Source: Nitrososphaerales archaeon (lineage in GTDB: Archaea > Thermoproteota > Nitrososphaeria > Nitrososphaerales > UBA213). From it: DNA of 64,000 nucleotides. Under the pieces are notes generated by a model. That model made no database searches. It saw only the letters and a program-made list of their open reading frames with translations, and was not told where the DNA came from. The DNA is taken from NCBI GenBank assembly GCA_965197925.1, contig CBDAOC010000020.1, positions 640,001-704,000 on the forward strand, read 5' to 3'. Position numbers and translations under genes: made by a program. Shown here piece by piece: positions 1 to 9,545 of the stretch (its first letter is position 1; every line of letters starts with the position of its first letter).

Positions 1-259
1 CATGGAATTTCCCATAGGCCTGCAAGAACTCCACTCCCCTTTCACTTATTTTATATCTGCTTGCCTTTTCTTCGGGTAGCTCTTCCATCAATCCGGCATT
101 AACAAGTCTCGTGAGGATCTTAGATATTCTTTTATAAGAAATATTTGCCTTTCTTATTAGAAAAGTTATATTCACTCCAGTTCCGCTATCACTGTAATCT
201 CTAGCGGTGTTTAGAATATCAGCTATTATCTGAAAATGCGATCTATATACCACTGCCAA
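1..259 (-). CDS. Winged-helix DNA-binding protein (COG3432/HTH_45-like), 3' end runs off the window
   Basis: Manual translation: (L)AVVYRSHFQIIADILNTARDYSDSGTGVNITFLIRKANISYKRISKILTRLVNAGLMEELPEEKASRYKISERGVEFLQAYGKFH. Overlaps the stop of the upstream membrane gene. Start is TTG 259 or GTG 253. Confidence 0.8.
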   Translation of the reverse strand, partial: MAVVYRSHFQIIADILNTARDYSDSGTGVNITFLIRKANISYKRISKILTRLVNAGLMEELPEEKASRYKISERGVEFLQAYGKFH

Positions 260-893
260 CTTTTATCCTCCCCATTGGAAACACGAATAGTGGGATAAAT
301 ATTGCAGATATACCAGTAACTTTCGCTGTTATTGAAATGTAGTAGAACATTGACCCTGGGTAAATGAAATTATACCATCCGATAAACTCTCCTAGCCCAA
401 GCATCCCTAATCCACACGCTATGAACAACGTACCCTTTCGCTGATTCCACATATATGAGACGAAAGTCTGAGTCGCTCCATATACTAATAGGATAAAAGA
501 TATTGACCTTATTATATGCTCAATTGAATTACCTGGAATAACGAAAAGAGGCGCAATTGCTATCGAAACAAGTGCGAATGCAGGTGCCATGTGTTTGAAT
601 GTTAAAGACTGTATAGAATGAGAGAATGCCAGAAAGAAATATCCTACAGCTTGAGAGCTCAAGCCTACTACTAAGAAAAAGTCTAGATTTGATACTATGG
701 TCCATGAAAGTCTATCTGCTATTGAATGGACCCAAAGAATTAAGAATCCAATACTTATCGCTGAGAAAGCTATTCCCAATCTAAGAAGTGTTGGACTTTC
801 AACACTTCTATAGCCATTATATGCAATCTTAGCTATAAGTAAACCGATACTGAACCCCAATAGGTTCATTATGCTTTCGAAGATTAGGTCCAA
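243..893 (-). CDS. Multi-pass (about 7 TM) membrane protein, hypothetical
   Basis: 216-aa ORF with about 7 hydrophobic segments. Confidence 0.7.
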   Translation of the reverse strand: MDLIFESIMNLLGFSIGLLIAKIAYNGYRSVESPTLLRLGIAFSAISIGFLILWVHSIADRLSWTIVSNLDFFLVVGLSSQAVGYFFLAFSHSIQSLTFKHMAPAFALVSIAIAPLFVIPGNSIEHIIRSISFILLVYGATQTFVSYMWNQRKGTLFIACGLGMLGLGEFIGWYNFIYPGSMFYYISITAKVTGISAIFIPLFVFPMGRIKVGSGI

Positions 894-959
894 CTAAATT
901 TATAGTATTTAAATTCTATAAAAGTCTTGATCTAAACATTTCTCAAATCGTACAATATA

Positions 960-1124
960 TCACTTGTAGTCATTCAAAATATCTCTATATCTAAGATCCT
1001 TGTATGCTATCATTTTGACATATTCACCATAGCTTATTTCTAATGAACATGTAGTACATTTCACACGTGAAAAATTATCTTCCAGCTTTGCTTTCTCAGT
1101 ACATTGAGGGCAGATTACAAGCAT
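960..1124 (-). CDS. Small zinc-ribbon protein (54 aa)
   Basis: Manual translation MLVICPQCTEKAKLEDNFSRVKCTTCSLEISYGEYVKMIAYKDLRYRDILNDYK*, two CxxC motifs. Below the ORF-track cutoff. Confidence 0.75.
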   Translation of the reverse strand: MLVICPQCTEKAKLEDNFSRVKCTTCSLEISYGEYVKMIAYKDLRYRDILNDYK

Positions 1125-1200
1125 ATTATTTCTTCCCAATACAACTTAATAATGGTTTTGTTATCAAAAAGAATAATAGCTGTATGTTCATAGCATAAGT

Positions 1201-1470
1201 GTGACACAAACATGTTCAAAATGTGGGAAATCTATTGATGAAAACGGCACGGATCCAATAGACTCTAAACAATATGCATGCTTTAACTGCAGAGATGAGT
1301 GGGTCAAGTATAGCGTAATGGTGATAAACGAAATGCGCTTAGATATGTCGTTGCCTGAACACAGGAAGATGTTAAAGAAGTATGAAAGAGTATTTTTCGG
1401 TTTAGAAAAGCCAGAACAAGGTATGAGAGACCTTAGCAAAGACGAGGAAAGAGTTCCAGATGAGAATTAA
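1201..1470 (+). CDS. Fe(II)-trafficking (YggX-like) protein with CxxC motifs
   Basis: CSKC...CFNCRDEW..Y..MVINEMRLDMSLPEHRKML resembles the YggX W..W....MLINE.RL motif. Confidence 0.7.
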   Translation: MTQTCSKCGKSIDENGTDPIDSKQYACFNCRDEWVKYSVMVINEMRLDMSLPEHRKMLKKYERVFFGLEKPEQGMRDLSKDEERVPDEN

Positions 1471-1952
1471 CTAATCATTAATACTTTCTTCGCGGTCCAG
1501 GGAATAGCTTCAATAAAGTTTATTTTCTTGTCATTCGATAAATTATCGATATATTCTTTCAGTGATTTGCCTAGAAGTTCCCTCATGTTATCTGGTAACA
1601 ACTCGAATACAGATATCAAACCTTCAATATTCAATTTATCTAATATTTCCGGAGACGTAACCAAGACATCTACATAAGCTCCAAACATTGCTTTGCGTTG
1701 CCCCTCATCAAATTCACACAAGACTTCCATCCACGTTTTGACTAATTTCGATAATACACTAAAGTCTATCTCAGGAGCGGTTTTCAAAGTGTTTATAATT
1801 ATTTCCTTTTTTTCAATTTCAGAAAAGGTAAGGAATTCTATTAACCTGTTCTTCACCATGGATTTCCGCAAAAATTCAGGTAAACCAGCTAGTATTTGAA
1901 GTATGTTTCCTGCCGTGTTTGAATTTGACATTCGGATAACTCCCCACTTCAC
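1467..1952 (-). CDS. Hypothetical helical protein
   Basis: 161-aa ORF, likely start MSNSNT. Divergent from purA. Confidence 0.6.
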   Translation of the reverse strand: MKWGVIRMSNSNTAGNILQILAGLPEFLRKSMVKNRLIEFLTFSEIEKKEIIINTLKTAPEIDFSVLSKLVKTWMEVLCEFDEGQRKAMFGAYVDVLVTSPEILDKLNIEGLISVFELLPDNMRELLGKSLKEYIDNLSNDKKINFIEAIPWTAKKVLMIS

Positions 1953-1980
1953 TTAAATATAGTTTACCTGCACAGACTTC

Positions 1981-2979
1981 ATGCCAGCAACAGTTGTAGT
2001 TGGGGGTTTCTTTGGTGATGAAGGAAAGGGTAAGATAATTTCTTACCTCGCATTGAAAGATAAACCGACTATTGCTGTCAGAGGTGGTGTTGGTTCCAAT
2101 GCTGGACATTCATTTGTGTTAGACGGTAAAATACACAAAGTACGAATGTTACCTAGTGCGGTATTGAGTCGAAGCACCAGACTGATGATCGGTGCGGGTG
2201 TTCTAATCAATCCGGAAATTTTGCTTTCCGAGATTGAAAGGTATGAAGTTCATGATCGTGTGTTTATAGACAGTCAATGTGGTATTATTGAAGCACGTCA
2301 TATTGAAAGGGATAAAAGTGATGATCTTAAAGGCAGGATAGGTACCACAGGCTCAGGAACTGGTCCCGCAAACGCAGATCGAGTTATGCGCACTCTCGGT
2401 CTGGCTAGAGAAATGAAGGATCTTGTATTCTATTTGGATGATGTTAGTAATTCTATTAATTTTGCACTCGATAGAAATGAGAGCGTGTTAGTCGAAGGAA
2501 CACAGGGAACTTTTCTTTCTCTTTACTTTGGAACCTATCCATTCGTAACTTCTAAAGACGTTACCGCATCAGCAGTATGTGCAGATGTAGGATTGGGACC
2601 GAAACGTATTGATAACATTCTACTTGTACTCAAGGCATATGTAACGAGAGTAGGCGCCGGTCCATTAGAGAATGAACTTAGTAAGGAAGATTCACAAAAG
2701 CGTGGTTGGTATGAAATTGCTACTGTAACTGGAAGAGAGAGAAGAGCGGCACCATTCAACTATGAACTTGCAAAAAAGGCTATCTTGCTAAACAGTGCGA
2801 CCCACCTAGCGATTACCAAACTCGATATTGTTTTTCCAGAAAGTATACATACGCGCGATTATGACAAACTTTCCGATAACGCCAAGCATTTCATAACGCA
2901 GGTAGAGAAGAATACGGGACTCGAGGTAGTACTTATTGGCACAGGAGAAGATATTAATGATATGATTGATAGACGCTAG
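1981..2979 (+). CDS. purA: Adenylosuccinate synthetase (short archaeal form)
   Basis: GDEGKGK, NAGH, IGTTGSGTGP, EGTQG, GTYPFVTS and TVTGRERR motifs. Confidence 0.97.
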   Translation: MPATVVVGGFFGDEGKGKIISYLALKDKPTIAVRGGVGSNAGHSFVLDGKIHKVRMLPSAVLSRSTRLMIGAGVLINPEILLSEIERYEVHDRVFIDSQCGIIEARHIERDKSDDLKGRIGTTGSGTGPANADRVMRTLGLAREMKDLVFYLDDVSNSINFALDRNESVLVEGTQGTFLSLYFGTYPFVTSKDVTASAVCADVGLGPKRIDNILLVLKAYVTRVGAGPLENELSKEDSQKRGWYEIATVTGRERRAAPFNYELAKKAILLNSATHLAITKLDIVFPESIHTRDYDKLSDNAKHFITQVEKNTGLEVVLIGTGEDINDMIDRR

Positions 2980-3017
2980 TTTTTTTGTGCATTATTCACT
3001 CTTCTCATAATATAATA

Positions 3018-3095
3018 TACGCTGTTCAATCTTCGGGTGTTTTGGGTTTTTTCAGGAATGAAAACCGTGAAAAGCCCCTAGGATTGAACAGTGTA
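3018..3095. mobile_element. 78-bp MITE-like element with 15-bp TIRs and 8-bp target-site duplication
   Basis: TACGCTGTTCAATCT (3018-3032) and GGATTGAACAGTGTA (3081-3095) are 13/15 complementary. ATATAATA flanks both sides (3010-3017, 3096-3103). The interior is also imperfectly palindromic. Confidence 0.75.
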
Positions 3096-3385
3096 ATATA
3101 ATAGGATTTGTCAAGTTTTAGGTGGGTTTGCAGATATAAATGCAAGCATGGGGAACATATTTTCCTTCAACAAAAATAATGACTTGCCCTATTATAATAA
3201 CAAACTACAACGGTTAGATAGTATTCCCATACAGTATTGATAGTAATTTTACACCAATACAATCACCCCCGAAAAATTGTACTGTAAGAGTTGAAAAACT
3301 TGTATTTCCTAGCGAGATTGATGAATATGGATATATATACATGAAGGTCATGATGTTCAAAATAATGCTACTGTGGTAATGAAAT

Positions 3386-4156
3386 ATGAATGATAATTTT
3401 CTTACGAGAATAAAAACAAGTACAGAAAAACATGAGAGTAGAATAGTGCTTGCTTTAGATATCAATTATACAAACAGAGATAATGTAATGGCCGTTGCAA
3501 AGAACACCATCAATTTGCTACAGGAGTATATCTGTGCTGTCAAGATAAACTTCCATCTACTTCTTCCTCTTGACTTTTACTCGGAGGTAGAAGAGATAAC
3601 AAATCTTGCACATTCACACAATTTACAGGCAATAGCAGACATAAAGTTGAATGATATTGCTAATACGAATAATATTGCATTATCCCACCTCTGGTCAGTA
3701 GGCTTCGATGCCGCAACTGTGAGCTCCTTTATCGGTTTCGACGGGTTGAAAGAGGCAATTTCTAATGCACATGAAAACAAAAATGGTGTTATTGCACTTA
3801 TATATATGAGTCATAAGAGCGCACGTGATACTTATGGACTGCGGGTTGTAGACCCCAAAGGTGGCCAAATTATACAAATGTACGAGCTATTTTTAAACTG
3901 GGTTGAACAACTAAATGTAGACGGCATTGTTGTTGGTGCTACTGTTCCTGAAGTAATCAAGCTATGTTCAGAGCGTGTGAAAAACAATATGTTAATTTTT
4001 TCCCCAGGAGTTGGCTGGCAGGGTGGCGATGCAAGGATAGCCCTTGACTATGGTTCTGATTATGTCATAATTGGAAGATCTATACTCGATTCAAAAGAGC
4101 CTGATAAAGAGGCAGCAAAACTAAGAAAATTCACGTGGGATAAAACATCGAACTAA
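3386..4156 (+). CDS. pyrF: Orotidine 5'-phosphate decarboxylase
   Basis: IVLALD, DIKLNDIANT (DxKxxD), VVGAT, PGVGWQGG and IIGRSI. Confidence 0.95.
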   Translation: MNDNFLTRIKTSTEKHESRIVLALDINYTNRDNVMAVAKNTINLLQEYICAVKINFHLLLPLDFYSEVEEITNLAHSHNLQAIADIKLNDIANTNNIALSHLWSVGFDAATVSSFIGFDGLKEAISNAHENKNGVIALIYMSHKSARDTYGLRVVDPKGGQIIQMYELFLNWVEQLNVDGIVVGATVPEVIKLCSERVKNNMLIFSPGVGWQGGDARIALDYGSDYVIIGRSILDSKEPDKEAAKLRKFTWDKTSN

Positions 4157-4578
4157 GTATTACTCTTGATAATACTTAAGAAACTGTTTGCTTCTTTCAA
4201 TATAATTTTGGAGTTTTTATATGTTAATAGTTTTATCGCACAATCATAGTTCAACCATTTATACCCTTGGTGCTCGAAGGATAATTTAACCTTCTTGGAA
4301 TTGGTCTTACTTAAATAAAATATTACTTCTTTCTCCACGAGATTTCCCCTCTTTTTGTAGTTATATGTGATCTTTTTTCTAAAACCATTAATAAACTCGA
4401 TATTATCAATTGCTGTTTCTTCCTTGATTTCTCTCTTAATCGTATCTATCTCTGTTTCACCTTCCTCTCGATTACCCTTAGGAAATTCCCAATGTCCCGT
4501 AGGATAATGCAATAACAAATACTCTATGTTGTCACCATTTTCATTAAAGAGCACAGAGCCAGCTGAACGTTCTTGCAT
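4153..4578 (-). CDS. NUDIX hydrolase, Ap4A hydrolase-like
   Basis: SAGSVLF, HWEFPKG, Nudix box G(x5)E(x7)REIKEET, and LSFEHQGYKW. Confidence 0.9.
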   Translation of the reverse strand: MQERSAGSVLFNENGDNIEYLLLHYPTGHWEFPKGNREEGETEIDTIKREIKEETAIDNIEFINGFRKKITYNYKKRGNLVEKEVIFYLSKTNSKKVKLSFEHQGYKWLNYDCAIKLLTYKNSKIILKEANSFLSIIKSNT

Positions 4579-4644
4579 GGGTCTACTGTATAGAACACCT
4601 AACTAATCCTTTCGGTTATGATGAGATTATACATACTTTCTTTA

Positions 4645-5431
4645 CTATATGCTATACCTCCACTCTCTAGACTGGTATGTAGGAAGAGCCCGCGTAGATA
4701 GATCTTTCTAAATTCAGAATAGAATACAATGATAATATAGCTCACCGTACATTCTGCAATCTGAGAAATCATTAACTCTATTCTCCCGTTGTTTGTGTAA
4801 TAATATCTAGTTCAGGTTATGGCAATGGAATGAATGAAGACAAGTTGGAGTGTACACATTTATTTAAGAAATATCCGCTATGCCAACATTCATCATGTTA
4901 GATTCCTTTCTATGCAAATCAACCATTCCAATATACCCTCCATATGCAATCACTATGTTCAAATAGATATCTTAACAAGCAGCAGAAGCCTCATCAATGT
5001 TCTTCAATACTCTTGTTATTCAATAAGGTAGAAGATAGAGGTTCCCTACTTTTACATTCATCATGAACTTATGGATGTTAGGATCGTGTAAAAGTTCCTT
5101 CAACAATTGCTCTGTCAAATAGTATGGTTATTTTAACTCCTCGCCCTTACATTCTAAATTTTCTATTGATAACTCGCAAGAATGATTATCCTAATTCCTA
5201 TTGTATTACACTATCTTTACTTCTTTACTTTACTTCTTTACTTCTTTACTTCTTTACTTCTTTACTTCTTTACTTCTTTACTTCTATTAGCTTCATTGTA
5301 AAGATCTATTTTATACAAATACAAGAGGGATATGTTAATCTTCTATTTCTATCAGGAACAATTGCGATATGCTGGATAGTATTTATCTAGACCTGACAGA
5401 TAATTTGATATGAACCATAATGAGACACCTA
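4645..5431 (-). pseudogene. uppS: Heavily decayed cis-prenyltransferase (undecaprenyl-diphosphate synthase family)
   Basis: Ordered remnants across frames: QHIAIVPDRNRR (cf. HIAIILDGNRR), GIRIIIL, LSIENL, ELLHDPNIHK, LNIVIAYGG, PELDIITQTTGE (cf. PDLIIRTSGE), EFRKI, TYQSREWRYS* (cf. YQ.RERRYG). Confidence 0.85.
5215..5284. repeat. Tandem 8-bp microsatellite (CTTTACTT)x8 plus one partial unit
   Basis: Read directly: 2 units, a TACTT partial unit, then 6 units. Confidence 0.95.
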
Positions 5432-6474
5432 AGAGTCTATCCTAAAATTCTAGCTGATAGTTAATGATTGGTAGAAATGATAACATTTAGAATGCAAGAA
5501 TATTAGTTCATACTGCCAGGTTTAGTTTTCTTACTATTGATTTTATTAGTATTGTAGATAGTAGATACTAGAGACAGTTGCATTAACGTGTTTATGACAC
5601 TACCAATATATCGCTCTGTACACTATTAGGCAGTTAGCAAATTCTACTAGCGCCTGATAATTTTCCTCTCTCTTCTCGAACCTTACCAATAACTTTCTGA
5701 ACCTGTTATGCCAAGATGCGGTTCTTTCTACAACCCATCTCTTTGCTTTACACAAATTCTTTTTCAACACTTCACCCTTATGACGAATGTGATCCACATA
5801 TCCCCTTCCTAACTCCATACTCTATCTCAGGGAAATCGTATCCTATTCATGCATATGTTCTGTTTAACTTTGGGCCTATCAACAACAATGCTATCTATTG
5901 TAGGAAAGGCTGATTTCATATCGTGCTTGTTTGCTCCAGTAATTACAGATGAGAGAGGTACTCCTCTTCTATCAACCAGCATGTGACGTTTGGTACCTAG
6001 CTTGCCTCTATCCGTTGGGTTTGCTCCGGCCGTTTTCCCCCTAATGGGGCCTTCGGTACGCTATCCATGGATTGCCAGTCCCATCCCATGCTCTTCAATT
6101 CATCATATATTTCCAGCAGCCTCTTCCATACCTTCTTGAATACTCCTATCCCAATCCATTCCTGAAATCTTGCATGGCAAGTTGAACCAGAACCAAATTC
6201 TTTCGGCACCTTCTTCCACTGGCATCCAGTTCTTAATACGTACAGTATTCCATTCAACACTTTTCTAAATGGCACAGCTGGCCTTCCAACTGTTCTTGCT
6301 GGTTTCCTTGGCGCAGCACTAGTTCGAACTCTTCCCATAGATCGTCTGGTATATGCCATATGGTCGGCATGCTCTTTTTCTTAGCTTTTATCACAAATTT
6401 AGCTAGAGAGAACAGATCTAGATCTGTTTCGGTATAAACAATCAGGCCGTGATGTTAATTTTCGGATAAGCTCT
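5432..6474 (-). mobile_element. IS5-family element, group 1 copy A (frameshifted transposase)
   Basis: TIRs AGAGTCTATCCTAAAATT / AATTTTCGGATAAGCTCT at a TAA-type target. Transposase motifs LRTGCQW, GSGSTCHARFQEW, KRWVVERTASW. Near-identical to 16299-17343. Confidence 0.95.
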
Positions 6475-6492
6475 AAGTGAAAGTGATATAGA

Positions 6493-7626
6493 TCAGTTTG
6501 TTAACTGCTTGGCCCTCTTTTTCTTCCTATAATACCTAAGTACAAACGTTGCTGCTACCAAAGTCAGTGCAAGACCAACCAAGAGTGAAGTAATTAGATT
6601 CAATGGACTTCCCTCTCCGACCAACACGAACAAGAACTGTTGCATAGGGATATAGAATAATGCTAGCACTATAAGCCGCAGTACATCGCTCAATGCCCTC
6701 AAGCTTCCTTTGAACCAGTGACTCAATAACATTCCTCCAAATATTGTTCCCAAACCTATCCACAAAAGCGTAAGCATTCCACTTGCAAAGTATCCTATTA
6801 TCTTAGGGTTAGTTGTAATCTGCGCTGGTGTCATCCCATCAGTGATCAGACCTCCTGGTATTGCCGCATAACCCATCTGTAGTGAAGCCAACATGATCAT
6901 AATTCCTGCTACCAGCGAAAAAACTTTAATAAAGCTTGAGGGGGTGAACCAAGCAAGATTTCTTATGGCCTTATCTAGATCAAAACCCCTAAGAATTAAA
7001 GCTACGCCTAACACAATTGCTACTGAAGCAAAAGCATAAGCTGAAGGAAATCCGTAATAAATTTGGAATATAGTTGCTAATGCACCAACTATTAACAATG
7101 CACCTGGGACACCTAGGAAGAATTTAGAATATCTAGAGTCATAAACCAATGATTTCAAATATCTGCCTAAAACAGCATAAGAATATTCAACACTTCTACT
7201 ATGCTTTATTACAACACGTTGTACAGAAATTACTGGAATCATATTCTGTATTATGGGTAAAACAGCTTCATCATCTATTCCATCAGAAACTACTACAGCA
7301 CCGTCTGCCTTGTACTTTTGCAATATATCTTGCAATTGGTAAGCAATCTTTTCATCCGCCTCCAGTCCTCTCTTAAATGATCCAGATACCAAAGCAACTT
7401 CAGGACTATGACGTTTGCTCAATAGTTCATCATACAATTTTATTGCAGCAAAAATAGAATTAGAATCGGCTTCCTCAGGATCTTCAATTGCAAGTTTTAT
7501 TCCTGCATGTATACAATTTTCCTTGCCTACAACGGGAGTTTTCACTCCACTTTTGGAACCTATATCATCATCCCTATCGATGCAAAGAACAAGAATATTC
7601 TTTGTATTCGAATGTATGTCTGACAT
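6493..7626 (-). CDS. DUF373 family membrane protein
   Basis: LVLCIDRDDDIGSKSGVKTPVVG, DPEEADSN, VVSDGIDDE, followed by C-terminal TM helices. Confidence 0.9.
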   Translation of the reverse strand: MSDIHSNTKNILVLCIDRDDDIGSKSGVKTPVVGKENCIHAGIKLAIEDPEEADSNSIFAAIKLYDELLSKRHSPEVALVSGSFKRGLEADEKIAYQLQDILQKYKADGAVVVSDGIDDEAVLPIIQNMIPVISVQRVVIKHSRSVEYSYAVLGRYLKSLVYDSRYSKFFLGVPGALLIVGALATIFQIYYGFPSAYAFASVAIVLGVALILRGFDLDKAIRNLAWFTPSSFIKVFSLVAGIMIMLASLQMGYAAIPGGLITDGMTPAQITTNPKIIGYFASGMLTLLWIGLGTIFGGMLLSHWFKGSLRALSDVLRLIVLALFYIPMQQFLFVLVGEGSPLNLITSLLVGLALTLVAATFVLRYYRKKKRAKQLTN

Positions 7627-8955
7627 ATCCTATTTTTAGGACTACAAACTTATTAATCAACCTAATCTGTGAAACTTCATTTATGAGATGGTGTCCGTTA
7701 TTAACGCAATAACTCTGGTAAGCCTTATGTGGCTCTCGAATGTGTTAAAAATATCGTTCTCGAGAATTCCAGATTGGTCAAATTAATTCTTATCAAGGTG
7801 AGAAGGAGAATATACCCGTATAATAGATATGGTGGTCATTGGGTTGAAATAGCGGCCTTATACCCGTTTGAAGTTGCTAGATGTCAGGACCGCTGTTAAT
7901 AATGTCAATGGTAATATTACTTAGACTTTATTTTTAATATGAATAAGCCTATTGGTACTTATGTGAAAAAAGTATTTCAAAAGTATTCGAAGGGCAGTGC
8001 AGCGAAGACAACTAGAAAAATTTACTCGCAAAAAATATAGCCCTGATATACTCTTTCCTATCAATTACGTGAAAACTCGATTATTCTTTATCAAAGATGC
8101 GTGGGGTAGTTTACTATGCTTTCAAACTAGCATCACCCATCAGAAGATCCTCTTGTTGAAGTACCATGCGATGATACACATAATATACGAATTATATGTG
8201 TATGGACAATTAACTACGGCAAGCTTGTTCGTAAGATTGATTCCTGTACTAAGCAAAAAGATAGAATGCTGTATTATAGATGACAAACCCGACATTGGAA
8301 ATATTGAAATGGTTGAAGTACAAAATTGCCCGATTTTCAAAACATTTGTGTACAGGTAAAGTTTGGCTAACTTTTGTAAGTCCACTCTGAAGTAGGAAGA
8401 AAGGTATAGTGGTAGCGCGAGTTGTTTTTAGAATTAAACTTAATATGATGAAAACTGTAATTGTACAAGGGAGAAGCACCCTTTTTTGAAAGTATGAAGA
8501 GCTTGAAATAGGAATAGAATCAAGTAATGAGGTTGATATACATGTGAAGAGATAGGACATTAATTCAGATGAAGTGATATTATTAAACACTATGAAATGC
8601 TTTACAGTGCAACACTAGTGGGCTATAATTTAGAGGGTTACATGATTAGTTGTAATTTTGGGACAAATTATACTACCAGTTCAGGTTTTTAAATCGAAAT
8701 AAAAATAAAAACATAAAAATGAATTTAAAAGGATTCAAGTTTGATCTTGCTTCCAGCTGGTAGAGAGGTTGCCCATAATATACCACCTTTGATTTTGGTG
8801 GAAAAAGAAATTAATGCAGGCAAAGAGAAACAACATAAATCTTGTAATAGTATCATATTACCTATTCTATAATAACACATGTAGGCTTTGGCTTGGTTTC
8901 AAAAATGAGAATCGATATATGGGTTTAAAAGTAGGATGTTTGGTGAAAAATTACT

Positions 8956-9243
8956 GTGGCGTTTGAAACTGCGAGCACGAGGAGCATATTGCTTTTATTT
9001 GGTATTCTAGTAGCTGGTTCAGCTATATTCCTAGCAGTAGCGGTTTTTCCTGTAACAAACCTTATTCGTAACACTGTAACAGCAGATGGGATTATTGCTT
9101 CTAGTATTAACAACGAATGTGTAGTAGATACACCAGACAATATTCCTAAAGTGATCAAAAATTGTGATCTGCAACCTGGTAGTAAGGTTACTGTAAACTT
9201 CCAAGAAGGAATGTACGAAGCAAAGATCGCTTCTCAACCATAG
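8956..9243 (+). CDS. Small membrane-anchored hypothetical protein
   Basis: N-terminal TM helix followed by a small beta domain with two Cys. Confidence 0.65.
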   Translation: MAFETASTRSILLLFGILVAGSAIFLAVAVFPVTNLIRNTVTADGIIASSINNECVVDTPDNIPKVIKNCDLQPGSKVTVNFQEGMYEAKIASQP

Positions 9244-9280
9244 TTGAAACTATAAATTGTTGACTATTGATGATGATACT

Positions 9281-9409
9281 ATGAGGATCTGCAAAGATTG
9301 TACAGAGCATAGACTTATTTATGATCTAATTACTTCTGTTGAAAAGTGTGATTGCAATTGTCACCTTGATTACGAAACTGGTTGTACCACTGATCCGTGT
9401 TGCAGATAA
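9281..9409 (+). CDS. Cys-rich microprotein (42 aa), metallothionein-like candidate
   Basis: MRICKDCTEHRLIYDLITSVEKCDCNCHLDYETGCTTDPCCR*, with 8 Cys and 2 His. CTATAAAT lies about 25-30 bp upstream. Confidence 0.55.
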   Translation: MRICKDCTEHRLIYDLITSVEKCDCNCHLDYETGCTTDPCCR

Positions 9410-9545
9410 AAGATTTTAATTAAATACTCGAAAATCCTTTGAGAATACGTCACTATTATAGATCATTTGAAACACAAGAGCCGGAGTGCTAATAGTGATA
9501 GTTTTTGCCTAAGCTCTTACAACTTGTTTATTTGCTTCATTTTCA

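Noticed and set aside
5124..5390. 88-aa ORF with LLLYFFTS repeats
   Set aside because: It is the microsatellite read on the strand opposite the uppS pseudogene.
7630..8950. ORFs 7997-8359, 8140-8385 and 8249-8590
   Set aside because: They overlap on both strands and show no motifs. The region is probably decayed DNA, but I could not identify the ancestral gene.
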